Below are positions 19,201-28,775 of a DNA stretch of 28,809 nt, piece by piece. The stretch lies in NCBI GenBank assembly GCA_018985225.1, contig JADGIF010000042.1:1-28809 (forward strand), in the 5' to 3' direction. The notes beneath the pieces were generated by a model that was not told where the DNA came from, made no database searches, and saw nothing but the letters and a program-made list of their open reading frames with translations. This DNA comes from Amoeboradix gromovi X-113. Lineage: Eukaryota > Fungi > Sanchytriomycota. The position numbers and the translations under genes were made by a program. Each line of letters starts with the position of its first letter. The first letter of the stretch is position 1.

Positions 19201-19351
19201 ATATACACCCTTCCAAGAGCAAAATATTCAGAAGCCTGTAAAAACTATAAATGTCACTCGAATTCCAAAGCCAGGGCTTACAGACGTTGAAAGTTTGACA
19301 AAACCTAGAGATGGCTCTTATTATGAAAGATCAAAACAGTACCTGCAATAA
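16214..19351 (+). CDS. Munc13-homology (MHD1/C2-like/MHD2) protein, fungal YOR296W/Git1-like, ~1045 aa
   Basis: LLSECGRRWRL, WCARAINLDNW…YSSCVSDVF (MHD1-like), VKLNDL, EEELQPIFDYLNKTF…FFHAQGSG (MHD2-like). The start is uncertain (16118, 16214 or 16223). Confidence 0.75.
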   Translation: MESMNANVYDICKTALLADYLTVQASSINRKFLNKFIPPKQKNVNKLIDHVRDVFSLNEIDMSQIIRNCQSFCTEEFALVDLLIRRNMLDQDCTPEYMPGDFDYEDDYILWKQAELKELDNAINYITQHYPHTEPLIDTPLPTQNAKLCFIPNDPKTVYYALLEHLISFEDTLSNSSTLLLSECGRRWRLSLAFRAYSYLNLIWKNNKAAKYSSTMRICEMIRNKEFLLNIKEKYDVYLIFKKIEKLTFKHLENDDLLTMPWSQIIFVLNKVYLSSIYRKFHKPDIPSFRISKVIEKSIHSRLSPLKSIDRSDDYFNLLVSTISVLIKDTQLVDRLEIEDDSTISVLQVQNIYKVTTETFLQEMLDQELDTEVVSNDGMHIGAGIHILDQFQDLKELGLDFTLPNEMVLDTLNSYMLQTLEEMREWCARAINLDNWETNNHYSSCVSDVFDVLRTKWLDIRDTCWYQFDVLAHQRIIYAIYLVVNDISQSLFEHVMNDFVSPPVQEEPKETIMQKVERIRGADRQALQFKIQQLPAGVFVKLNDLLSLQEKLNELFVEIKKEYDGLLDSMDSEIDYESLICRLSIDDIKGIVKHDAHEGVDYGFICELKINENTHVLQLPEIGSIPIEADECVDFVVKQEQVVNCTIYSQDIYGKKKKYATTNFTVTNKECKSSYYQSKTRIYNLNTLLGSLTVKYGNVHDEYPFYYFNKSYLTLNDFLQVSCSKVVSNMMNPCIWFVRQLTSRYGSIDVKQNVSLETVEEELQPIFDYLNKTFGDLMEISHTEISNFVLRKSWKEFVGCVEVILVGDEHNEAVASSRGQITTVHFIFNCLEEFFHAQGSGVELNHLHNPQYHRVNGIFKLYYLENDELMQMYLRSFVNYAVHKVEKYQKKPVLQIKGNSKLESSSEEEELEEELKLMQNTRLQPNTPLTPPECEAVVKLLEMRSVYDQECADFLESQQGIQQQVIMNLELEKVKKRQEAPVEEKVEVKKQSEDYKYTPFQEQNIQKPVKTINVTRIPKPGLTDVESLTKPRDGSYYERSKQYLQ

Positions 19352-19408
19352 ATATTATTAACTTTAAGATTTTGCGTTTTTTAAAATGAAAGTATTTAAG
19401 GAGAGACA

Positions 19409-21496
19409 ATGAAATCAAGGGATCCGTTATTACCAGTGCAATTGAATTGGTGGGAACCAACTAAAGCAGGCGAATTTGGGAACTTAAAGGAAGCAGAACG
19501 AATGTACAATGAAGAGATTGAGAAGTATGACAAGATAAGTAAATTAGGAAAAACAGATGAAAAATATTTAAAGCACGTTATAAAGGATGGAACATTTAAT
19601 GACAAGATTACGTTGTTGTCTTACTCTATCAATGAATCCCCTTTGCATAATCTATCTAAATTCAAAGATCTGTTAGAAATGGCTACCAAAAAGAGTAGAG
19701 ATCAAGCGCAAAGAGCCATGGAAGCTCTTGTTACAATATTTGCTACCCAAGGTAGTCAGCGCGTCTTACCTGAAAGACCGCTAAGAGTATTTCGTGCATG
19801 TTTAGACATTAGACCGACTACGGGGCAAATAATTCAAGCATATTTTGAGGATAAGTTACGTGAGGTGTTCTTTGAATTGCTGCAATGCCTAGAAACCTGG
19901 CTTAAAGACAACGTGCAAAATATGAAGATTCGAGTTTTAACTTTTCTTTTTTCTCTCTGTGCCTACACTCTTGAACATTCTGAAAATATAATAAGACTAG
20001 TATCAAACAAACTCGGCGACCCTGACAAGAAAGTAGCCACTCAAGCCGGGTACGTTTTAATTAGTTTATCAAAATCTAAACCTTTGCTTAAGTCCAGCGT
20101 TATCAAGGCTCTATCAAGTCAGCTTTCTAAATCCGAGGACTTGAAATGCCGTGCGGTTGTGTTGAATCATTTATCTCAACTGAAGTTCAGCTTTAAAGAT
20201 GATAGAAAACTGTTTGTTGGTGTATTTAGATTGTATGTTGAAGTCTTGGATAACCTATTGGGTATAGAAACAAGAAAGATAGTCTTTCAGGAATCGCAAA
20301 TCAACAAAAAGATTCGAATTCCGGCAGAGGGTTTGGAGTTTAAAATTATTCATTTCTCCTTGACGGGACTAAAAAGAGTGCTGCCATATATTGAGAGCAC
20401 ACAGGATGAGAACCAAGACATATCTGGAGATTTGAAAAAGTACGTTTCCTTGCTTTTCTTGATCCACAAACATTCCATTTCGTCTTTGACTTGCTTTCAA
20501 ACCCTGGGACTTTTAGTTCAGTTGTCCAACTTTAAAAGCATAAATATAGACGAAAAACTGAATGACTGCATAATTGGGTTTACTAGAGATATTAGAATAT
20601 TCTCTACAAAGCATTTGCAGTTATTTCTGCAAGTAGTTGTGGCATTTTTGCATAAGAAAGATGTAAGGGTTTTCAAAGATATAGTGAAGAGTTTGCTTCA
20701 GGCAGCTATGCATTTTAATGATTCCCATGCTAAAATTTTAGTTCTAAAATGTATTCATGAATTGGCTAAGAATGAATTAGACGAATTTGCTAAAATGGTA
20801 CCGGCGCCGCAGTGTACTACCATCACGCAGGAAGATCTTTCCAAATTGAATGATAGCAAAATGCAACTACATTTATCTTTAAATGAGAGTGTAGATGTGG
20901 ATCCTAGTCAGTATTTATATGAAATAGTAGCCTATTTGTATGATTTTGATCCTCAGATAACACATCTAGCCTACCAACTAAGCACTTTGAATCGTTATAA
21001 CATAAATGAGCTTAAAACAGCTGAGTTTTCAAAATCAGGCCCTATTCTATTTTTGGATTCATTCACAAATAGAAAGCAGAAGAAATCAGAAGGCAATTTT
21101 GCAAAAGAATTGTCGCTTAAAAGCAAAGAATCAGTATCTCTCGAGGAGTTGTACATGTATGAGTATCTGAAAAACAGAAAATCAAATAAAACTATCAAGA
21201 GCCAAGACAGCGAAGAAGATGAAGATAAAGAAGATGTGGAATTGCTGCTGCAAAACATTGAACTGCCTAGTGACATGGAAGACGAATTTGGAATGTCCGA
21301 AATATCATCGGGCTCAGAGGATGTTGATGACCCGTTTGAGCAAATGTCGGAAACTACGCAGAATGATGAAGAAATAGAAAGCAAGAAGAAAAAGAGGTCG
21401 TTTCCTACATTCATGGACGCAAGTGAGGTAGAGGGTTTGTTAAAAACAGCTAAGACTCATAAAAAGAAAAAGACTGTGGATGTGTCAAAGTTTTAG
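19409..21496 (+). CDS. MAK21: Ribosome biogenesis protein Mak21/Noc1 (CEBPZ family), 695 aa
   Basis: GTFNDKITLL…ESPLHNL, AYFEDKL, LVSNKLGDPDKKVATQAGY, acidic C-terminal tract and PTF motif. Confidence 0.87.
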   Translation: MKSRDPLLPVQLNWWEPTKAGEFGNLKEAERMYNEEIEKYDKISKLGKTDEKYLKHVIKDGTFNDKITLLSYSINESPLHNLSKFKDLLEMATKKSRDQAQRAMEALVTIFATQGSQRVLPERPLRVFRACLDIRPTTGQIIQAYFEDKLREVFFELLQCLETWLKDNVQNMKIRVLTFLFSLCAYTLEHSENIIRLVSNKLGDPDKKVATQAGYVLISLSKSKPLLKSSVIKALSSQLSKSEDLKCRAVVLNHLSQLKFSFKDDRKLFVGVFRLYVEVLDNLLGIETRKIVFQESQINKKIRIPAEGLEFKIIHFSLTGLKRVLPYIESTQDENQDISGDLKKYVSLLFLIHKHSISSLTCFQTLGLLVQLSNFKSINIDEKLNDCIIGFTRDIRIFSTKHLQLFLQVVVAFLHKKDVRVFKDIVKSLLQAAMHFNDSHAKILVLKCIHELAKNELDEFAKMVPAPQCTTITQEDLSKLNDSKMQLHLSLNESVDVDPSQYLYEIVAYLYDFDPQITHLAYQLSTLNRYNINELKTAEFSKSGPILFLDSFTNRKQKKSEGNFAKELSLKSKESVSLEELYMYEYLKNRKSNKTIKSQDSEEDEDKEDVELLLQNIELPSDMEDEFGMSEISSGSEDVDDPFEQMSETTQNDEEIESKKKKRSFPTFMDASEVEGLLKTAKTHKKKKTVDVSKF

Positions 21497-21502
21497 TAAA
21501 TT

Positions 21503-22054
21503 TTATTTGAACCACTTATCAATAACGCTATAATATCCATGCATAACTCTTAATTTGAGTCCAGAAAAAGAATTAATTCTGGGTCGAACATCTACATAAA
21601 CGCTGTTAAACTTGGAAGAATATTTACCAGTATAGAAATCAAGATAGTACTCAATATCATTGTTATCCTGTGTTACCTTCCAAATATGAACATCAAAAGG
21701 CTTCTTATATCCTAGAAAATAATGATTCCAAAATGCTTTTGGGGTCATATAAGATGGAGTTCCTTGAAATTGGGACAATTTAGGTTGATTATTTGATCTG
21801 TATTTCTCAAAACTAAGCACTTTTTGCCATGCCAGCTCATTAACGGTATTGTGAATGTGTAAAATTTGGTTCATATCCTTTTTATCGACATTTTCATGTT
21901 TTTTTATAAGAGCTTTGTATAATTGCCCTTCTGAAGGATACTCCCATTTATCTTCGTCGTTCTTAAGTATATTTGAGGTTTCCTTTTCAGATGATAATCC
22001 TTCAACTTTGACTTTTCCATACTCTTCATATTCCGAGTGAACAGGGCAACCCAT
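21503..22054 (-). CDS. Holocytochrome c/c1 synthase (cytochrome c heme lyase), 183 aa
   Basis: N-terminal CPV heme motif, WEYPSEGQ, IHNTVNELAW, PFDVHIW, YYLDFY, VDVRP. CYC3 versus CYT2 cannot be resolved. Confidence 0.92.
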   Translation of the reverse strand: MGCPVHSEYEEYGKVKVEGLSSEKETSNILKNDEDKWEYPSEGQLYKALIKKHENVDKKDMNQILHIHNTVNELAWQKVLSFEKYRSNNQPKLSQFQGTPSYMTPKAFWNHYFLGYKKPFDVHIWKVTQDNNDIEYYLDFYTGKYSSKFNSVYVDVRPRINSFSGLKLRVMHGYYSVIDKWFK

Positions 22055-22105
22055 TGTTTTGAGTGGATAAGAATCAGTGACAATAGTTTTAAAGCATTAA
22101 ATTTA

Positions 22106-22297
22106 TTAAGCATTGGCATAACTTGAGTATATCGGTGTATTAGGTGGAGCCGGTGGAGTTAATGGCATTTTTCTAAAGGTTGCTGAAGTTGGTAAGCGAG
22201 GTGATATCAACGGCAATTCCAAACCAGTTGTGAATGCAGACTTAGGACCATCATCTATTGGTAGTTCTGTATGTACGAAAAGAGTGGTTCTTCTCAT
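22106..22297 (-). CDS. Small Pro/Ser/Thr-rich protein, 63 aa from the first ATG
   Basis: MRRTTLFVHTELPIDDGPKSAFTTGLELPLISPRLPTSATFRKMPLTPPAPPNTPIYSSYANA*. The stop is embedded in TAATAAA like the recognisable genes here. No family recognised. Confidence 0.5.
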   Translation of the reverse strand: MRRTTLFVHTELPIDDGPKSAFTTGLELPLISPRLPTSATFRKMPLTPPAPPNTPIYSSYANA

Positions 22298-22490
22298 TAT
22301 AATAAAACAACGGAGAGGTCTGAATTTGTATGAATACTCAAATCCTGAGACCAATCAACTCGAACAATTGATATCCCAGGTTACATAGGTTCTACAGGTA
22401 CTAAATCCTACAGTTTTATCTGAATTAGAATCCATTTACATCCCTGGCTACTCGCGAGGTTTTACCACAGCCATTTTAATTTGAAACATC

Positions 22491-23154
22491 ATGAACAAAA
22501 TTAAGAATATTGATGAAGCTCGCGTTCACGAGACATTTGAATGGATTGAGGCGGTACTTGGTGAAAAGCTTGAACATGATATTCAAAAAACGTTAAAGAG
22601 TGGTGTCGTATTGATAAAGTTGGTCTCAAAAATAACTGGAAATGATTTTAAAATAGAGAAGCCGGGCTCCAACTTTAAAGAGATGGAAAACATTAGCCGC
22701 TTTTTAACTCAAGCTAAATTAATTGGCTGTCCCGGTAATTTTTATTTATCTAGACCAAGAAATTTTTGTTACAAACGACCTCTATGAAGCTAAGAATCTA
22801 AGTAAGGTTCTGGAATGTTTAGGTTCACTTGCTAGAAATGCTGCACAAAAGGGATATAAAGTTCCCTTATTAGGTCCCAAATTAGCAGACAAAAATGAGC
22901 GAGTTTTTAGCGAAGAGAAATTGCGAGAGGGTAGATCAATTCCTTCTTTCCTAACTAGCAATGAACGCAGTGCTCAATACGCTAACGATCGTGCAGGTGG
23001 CGATTTGGTTCAGCAGGCCCACCTTCCACGCCAGATTGCAGATCAGCGTATCCAGGTATCATCCGACGGCCAACAAACGTTGCTTACGAATACTCAAAAT
23101 TCTGATCCTTCTTCTTTTGGGAACAGACGTCAAATAGGTGGCAAGTATGAATAA
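22491..23154 (+). CDS. Calponin/transgelin-like CH-domain protein (Scp1-like); exons 22491-22734 and 22754-23154; 214 aa
   Basis: EWIEAVLGE, LKSGVVLIKL, FKEMENISRFL. Splicing gives GCPDQEIFVTNDLYEAKNL…GPKLADKNERVFSEEKLREG. Calponin-repeat-like FGNRRQI at the end. Confidence 0.9.
22735..22753 (+). other. 19-nt spliceosomal intron
   Basis: GTAATTTTTATTTATCTAG. Removal joins the two halves of the CH domain in frame. Confidence 0.9.
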
Positions 23155-23159
23155 AAGGT

Positions 23160-25502
23160 TTACTGAATTATCCTTCTTAACTCGTTTCCGATCTTCTCCA
23201 AGAGCTCTATTCTCTCTTGAGCTTGGATTTGATTTTTAATCTTTGGATTTTCATCTATCAACTCTCGTGAAATAGCTCTATACTTTTGAAATACCCGATC
23301 TTCAAGCTCTAGTGGCAACCTGGTATATGTCTCCAACACAAGATCCAACCAAATATACTTTGCGGCTATCACTGACATTTGAGATGCTAATGCAAACAAA
23401 AAAACCTCTGGACATGTTACTGACTGTTTATTTGCTCTATTTATAGGGTTTAAGCTTGAATCTAATATGTGATTGTTCATGTTGCTATCGTTTCCATCGT
23501 AGAGTGGGGTTAAAGGTGCCTTGCATTTTTTCGCATTTAATTGATTAATTCTTATTTTTAATAGCTCTGATCTTGATTCATGATAAAGTGCTTGCTGTAA
23601 TAGTTTAATATCCTGCTCCTCCATTTGTCTGCCAGCTTGCAAATCCTTTATTAGAGTAGGGAATGTCCACCTTCCAAACGACGACTGAATTGCTTTGAAC
23701 TGTGCCTGCGATAAATTCATTTCTTGTTTCAATGCATTAATAGCTACTAATCTGCTACTCTCCCATATATCCTCAACATTGCTTCCGATTTGCTCCACTT
23801 TCCATGGTTTTAGAATATGTTCAATTTGGTCTACAGTTTGCAACAACCTCTCTTTCACTACGTGTTCTATACATGAATCAACAGCCAATTTCAGCTCCTG
23901 ATGATGCTCGAATGACGTTATATTGTGCAGTCCCAGTTTCGCTTTAGCAGTGTTAAATATTGAATGTGTTGCGATCCGCCCAATTCCCGATTTAGTCAGT
24001 TTTGAGGTAGCATGCATCAACTTGTTCACCCAGTATTCAGATTCACTGATACTGCCTATTTCAGAATCAACCAAATAAGAGGATTCCAAAATATCAAATA
24101 GTTGCCCATGTAGTAGTTGTTGTATTTCTAATAGAACATCTTGCTCGGTATAGCTACGCACAGTTTGTCTAAGGTGCTGCTTAACTTGGTCATGTAGACC
24201 ATCGATATAACCAGTTGGGCTTTGTTTTGTGTCAAAATAACTGACATTAAAATTATATTTCTCCTTATCCAAAACATCCAACACCAAGGACAATGTAGAC
24301 TCAGTATAAGACTTCATGGAATTAGTGAGTATGTCAACCAATTTTAACCTCAACGTAGGGAAACCCACAGATTCATTAGGGAATGCATTTTCTACAACGG
24401 GTTTACCTGGAGGGCACACGACACCGATATACCCTAGTGACAAAGGAAATTGTTTATTGTTTAAAAGATTAGCGGCTTCTTGCGGCTCAACCTTGTCTAA
24501 TTTGGTCAAAACGCCCAAAGTTCGCTTACCAAGTGGATCTACTTGTTTACTAACTCTTAGCGCATCCGAGTTAGCCAAGTCAACATCTGCAGCGCTTATG
24601 GCTAGTATTATGTTGGGATGCTGTACATACTGCTCACATAATGCTTCAATGCCATTTTTTAGTGATGCAGGTTGATCGGCACTGACTACTCGAATATAGC
24701 CAGGTAGATCGATTAGGCGCAAATCAGGAACAAATGGAGAATATATGGTCAATTTAATAGGCTTAGCATGCTCAATTTCTTCAATGGATATAGAATTATT
24801 CAGAGCTTTAACTGTCTTGCTAACTTGAGTAAAACTTGTTATTTTTCCCAGGTCTTTCATATCATCAAACACAGCGTAAACATCAGGATCATTAACAAGA
24901 GTTAGCTCTAGAGGTCTTTTAGTGACCAAATTACTTCCTTTTGGAAGGAATTCATGCCCAATGATTGCTTCTAGAACCGAAGTCTTGCCGCAAGATTGAC
25001 TACCAATAACCACAATGCTAGGCAGTTGTATGTCAGTGACTAAACCGGCATCGCTTAAGTCTTCCAATAAGGTTTGAACATGCAGAAGCTTCTTGATAAA
25101 TGGATTGAATTGATCATGGGGCAAAGAATTCATAACTAAAGCCTCAGTTGTGATTTCTAATTCGTCAGCGTGGTCCTGTGGTTGCGACTTTTCTAATGTC
25201 TCAATGACTCCCGCTTTCCATGCCTCTATGGCATCCTTAACTAATAAAGTGAAATCATCATCCTCATCCTGAATAGATACCGCCATATTTTGGAATGAGT
25301 CACTTAGACCTTCTTTGATTTGGTACGCATGTTGCTTGGTTGAATGGAAAGCATCAGAAATATTTGACTGTACTCGATGGATAAATTGATGTGATTGCGC
25401 GCCGATATACGTAGCAAATCCAACACCAGAAGCTGTACCCATAACTATTGAGTATTTACCGATTTTTGCAAAACCTTTAACATATGTCCACATAATCAGC
25501 AT
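23160..25502 (-). CDS. MGM1: Mitochondrial dynamin-like GTPase Mgm1, 780 aa
   Basis: LPSIVVIGSQSCGKTSVLEAIIGHEFLPKGSNLVTKRPLELTL, IDLPGYI, ADVDLANSDAL, TKLD, LTKSGIGRIAT, CPEVFL, ENPKIKNQI. Confidence 0.93.
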   Translation of the reverse strand: MLIMWTYVKGFAKIGKYSIVMGTASGVGFATYIGAQSHQFIHRVQSNISDAFHSTKQHAYQIKEGLSDSFQNMAVSIQDEDDDFTLLVKDAIEAWKAGVIETLEKSQPQDHADELEITTEALVMNSLPHDQFNPFIKKLLHVQTLLEDLSDAGLVTDIQLPSIVVIGSQSCGKTSVLEAIIGHEFLPKGSNLVTKRPLELTLVNDPDVYAVFDDMKDLGKITSFTQVSKTVKALNNSISIEEIEHAKPIKLTIYSPFVPDLRLIDLPGYIRVVSADQPASLKNGIEALCEQYVQHPNIILAISAADVDLANSDALRVSKQVDPLGKRTLGVLTKLDKVEPQEAANLLNNKQFPLSLGYIGVVCPPGKPVVENAFPNESVGFPTLRLKLVDILTNSMKSYTESTLSLVLDVLDKEKYNFNVSYFDTKQSPTGYIDGLHDQVKQHLRQTVRSYTEQDVLLEIQQLLHGQLFDILESSYLVDSEIGSISESEYWVNKLMHATSKLTKSGIGRIATHSIFNTAKAKLGLHNITSFEHHQELKLAVDSCIEHVVKERLLQTVDQIEHILKPWKVEQIGSNVEDIWESSRLVAINALKQEMNLSQAQFKAIQSSFGRWTFPTLIKDLQAGRQMEEQDIKLLQQALYHESRSELLKIRINQLNAKKCKAPLTPLYDGNDSNMNNHILDSSLNPINRANKQSVTCPEVFLFALASQMSVIAAKYIWLDLVLETYTRLPLELEDRVFQKYRAISRELIDENPKIKNQIQAQERIELLEKIGNELRRIIQ

Positions 25503-25651
25503 AAACTAGGATCCTCTCCAATGTTTAAAAAATTACAATTTACAGTAAATATCAAACCAGAACGAATTGGCTGGGTGCTTGATTATTGCATACGCAAGTG
25601 CCTCATATATCATACGCGTGATTGTTCTATTTTGAAACACTGTAATTTGGA

Positions 25652-27305
25652 ATGTCTAACCAGCAAATCATTTTATATCAACTAAGCAGCAGCATAATCC
25701 TTAAAAAGGGCATTAGCATAGAAGTTGGACATGATGTAAAGTTGACAGATAAATCTACTCAACAGGGGCGTGTTTTTTTTGGAGTTTTAGGTATTATTCA
25801 CTTGATTAACACTTACTGCTTCTTGATCAAGGAGCAAGTTAAAATTGGGCAGATTAGAAACTGTTCAATTTACAAGGTAGTTTCAATTGAAGCTATAAAT
25901 TGTACAAAGTTGGACTTGACAAATTTGCAGCACTCTCAGGAGCAGTATTGTTTAGAAGGCTTAACTCTCGCATTGAACAATATCTACTTTTCACCAGACT
26001 ATGATCTGACCTTGCCACTTCGATGTAATACTAAGCGTATCTCTACTTTGAACCAAGGCACCTTTAGTGATCTTGAAAATACAGATTTCTGGTTCAATTC
26101 TTATTTACAGCAGCCTCTTTCCAAACATCCTGAGTTCCAAGTCAAGGCTATCAGTGGTTTTGTTGAGCTGAAGCCTATTTCTTTGAAATCAAATCAAAAT
26201 GGGGTTGTTCAGGGCATGCTAGGTTTGATTAGTCGCAAATTAAATAAGCGCGGAGGTACCAGATACCATAGCAGGGGCATAGATAGTGAAGGGTATGTCA
26301 GTAACTGCGTAGAAACTGAGCAATTCTGTCTGCTGGATAAAGATTGGCAATCTTACTTACAAGTTCGCGGTTCCATTCCATTATTTTGGAGACACATTAT
26401 TACTGGTGCTTATGCGCCACTGCTTCAGATACATGATGCAGCTTCATTGGAAACTAAAGAAGCATATTTAAAGCATTTAAAGTGGTTGGAATCCAAGTAT
26501 GGAAGTCAAACATTTGTTAATTTAGTAAATCTGCAAGGTTCAGAGCTACTGCTAGCTCAGGGCTTTGCTAAACAGCTGATTCACTCTCCCCAAGTCCATT
26601 ACGTTGCGTTTGACTTCCATAAAGAATGCAGCAAATTAAGATGGCATCGATTATCTATCCTACTCGATCAAATAACTAAAGACATAGCTAATAATTCATT
26701 CGATAGCCCATCTACTCAGCAGAAGGGAATTATTCGTACAAATTGCATTGATTGCCTAGATCGCACTAATGTTGTACAATCAAACATTGCTAAGCATGTA
26801 CTATTGGAATACTTCAAATCTAAAGATTTTACGCTTGCAGATGGGTTTGAATCTATTTTGCGAAATGTTTGGGCTGATAATGCAGATGCCATTTCATTCC
26901 TTTATTCAGGTACAGGTGCTTTGAAAACTGATTACACCAGGATGGGTGTACGCACTAAACTAGGAGCATTACAAGACGGTCAGCGCAGTGTAATTAGATA
27001 CATCAAAAACAACTTTTTGGATGGTGTGCGTCAAGATGGGTATTTAAAATTCATGTAGTTATGATTTGGTACTGGGTACACCGTTTAGTAAGATGGCAGT
27101 TCCTCAAAAACCATTTAAACAAGTCATTTTCTTGTTGCTACTGAGCGTCATAATCCAGCTAATAATCGGGACTTCTTCATTGGTAACTTTTATAGTTACA
27201 AACGCTTTAATTGGAATTTCTGTTGTCACTGCTACAATTGCTTTTAATGGTAAAAGAGTAGTAGATCTACCAAAGCTAAAGCAACTTAAACAATATGATA
27301 AATAA
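25652..27305 (+). CDS. SAC1: Phosphoinositide phosphatase Sac1; exons 25652-27039 and 27059-27305; 544 aa
   Basis: GTRYHSRGID, VETEQ, QVRGSIPLFW, FDFHKEC, RTNCIDCLDRTN (CX5R), YSGTGALKTDYTR. Exon 2 supplies two hydrophobic TM segments and the VDLPKL tail. Confidence 0.95.
27040..27058 (+). other. 19-nt spliceosomal intron in SAC1
   Basis: GTATTTAAAATTCATGTAG. Removal gives RQDGYDLVLG, matching the Sac1 RQDxxDLxLG motif. Confidence 0.9.
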
Positions 27306-27318
27306 ACACTATTGCTAT

Positions 27319-28611
27319 TTATTCATGATCCGATAAATCTGCTATAATCTTCACCTCCTCCTCAGTCCCGCTCTTAAAATTGCGTTGAGCTGTGACAGGC
27401 AGCGCGTCTATTTCTTGTCTTACATTTAATTCTTGCTGAAGCTTCTTAAGGTTGTCTTGCTGTTGCCTAATGATGGATTGGTAATCAATAACCTTTGAAT
27501 TTATTAATTTCAAATCATCTATCTCCGCTGTAAGGTTAGAAATCATCGAAATTTGCGAGTCTTTATTCTCTTTTATACTCAACAGCAGTAATTTGTTTTC
27601 ATCACTAATCGATTGTAGTTGCTCTGCAAATTCAGATTTGTTATGATTCATTAAATCTACCAATTCAGATTTGACAATTTCGAGATTATTTGGAACACTA
27701 TTTAGCTTAGCATTGTTGCCAGATATGTTCGAAATATTTGAACTAATTGCTTTTTTGTTGATTTTAATTTGGTCTAATAGAATGTTCTGATCCTTGTCGA
27801 TCGATTGTGTGAACGCATGAAGTCCCTGAGAAAGCAAAGATATTTCCTGCTGATTTTTGGATGATGTGTTCAGTAGGTTTTCATTTAAATCAGATATTTT
27901 TTGAGTAACATCTGACTGAAAAGATTTGAAAGATTTAATTTGATTACGCAAAACAGGATCAATACCGCTCAGTCGATCATTAATACTCGCTATCAAGGTA
28001 TCGGTAATGGAATTGGCCTTCTCCGCTTCAGTTTGCTTTTCATCGTAAAGATGCATTTGGAGTTCTATTTCAGACAATCGATGAAAGACCTTCTTAAAGT
28101 CATTTATTTGATTTTTCTGAGTTTCTTTTTCATTCTCGATGATTTTCACCTGGATTTGATGTGATTTTTCCAGATCAGATAATTTATTTTTCAGTTCTTT
28201 GTTTTCCAACTTCAGAGTGTCATAATTCTGAATTAAAACATCAAACTTTGAAGCGAAGCTCGACAGCATGAAATTTATTATAAAATCTTTAATTGAGTAA
28301 ATAAAAGTGAGTATACTGGGAGTTGGCTGCGTTAAATTTGGAGATGCAGAAACATTCGGGACTGGTGCTAAATCAGCCTTCACAAAGTCTTTAATTACAT
28401 TTGGCTGCGCTACTCGAATATCTTCCTCAACAACAGCGGCAGGCAATGATTGAGGACTACTTAGTACTTCATTCTTTGTTTCTGAGGTGCGTTTTATTGA
28501 TTTGGTATATATGTACTCATCGTATTCGGCAGGAATGCTAAATATCTTTCGCGTTAATCTTGTACTGGCTGCTGGCGATTTACCTCGAAGTCTTATGTCT
28601 TTGCTCGTCAT
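27319..28611 (-). CDS. Hypothetical coiled-coil protein, 430 aa
   Basis: Basic N-terminus, a mildly hydrophobic segment (ILTFIYSIKDFIINFML), then a long coiled coil. The stop overlaps AATAAA. Confidence 0.75.
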   Translation of the reverse strand: MTSKDIRLRGKSPAASTRLTRKIFSIPAEYDEYIYTKSIKRTSETKNEVLSSPQSLPAAVVEEDIRVAQPNVIKDFVKADLAPVPNVSASPNLTQPTPSILTFIYSIKDFIINFMLSSFASKFDVLIQNYDTLKLENKELKNKLSDLEKSHQIQVKIIENEKETQKNQINDFKKVFHRLSEIELQMHLYDEKQTEAEKANSITDTLIASINDRLSGIDPVLRNQIKSFKSFQSDVTQKISDLNENLLNTSSKNQQEISLLSQGLHAFTQSIDKDQNILLDQIKINKKAISSNISNISGNNAKLNSVPNNLEIVKSELVDLMNHNKSEFAEQLQSISDENKLLLLSIKENKDSQISMISNLTAEIDDLKLINSKVIDYQSIIRQQQDNLKKLQQELNVRQEIDALPVTAQRNFKSGTEEEVKIIADLSDHE

Positions 28612-28775
28612 TCTCAAAACAGGGAGGTATGTCTCATTATAATTGCTACTAATTAAATAACTGATTTACTAGTATATCCGGCATTTCCTCCGAGAAACTA
28701 ACAATCATAGTCGCTAAGTTATGGTGATTGCTCACGCTTCGCTACCCTGAGGCTGGATTGAATAAGAATACACTC

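Noticed and set aside
28681-28692. 12-mer GCATTTCCTCCG identical to 4482-4493
   Set aside because: The flanks do not align convincingly. It could be chance or a very old relic, and cannot be supported.
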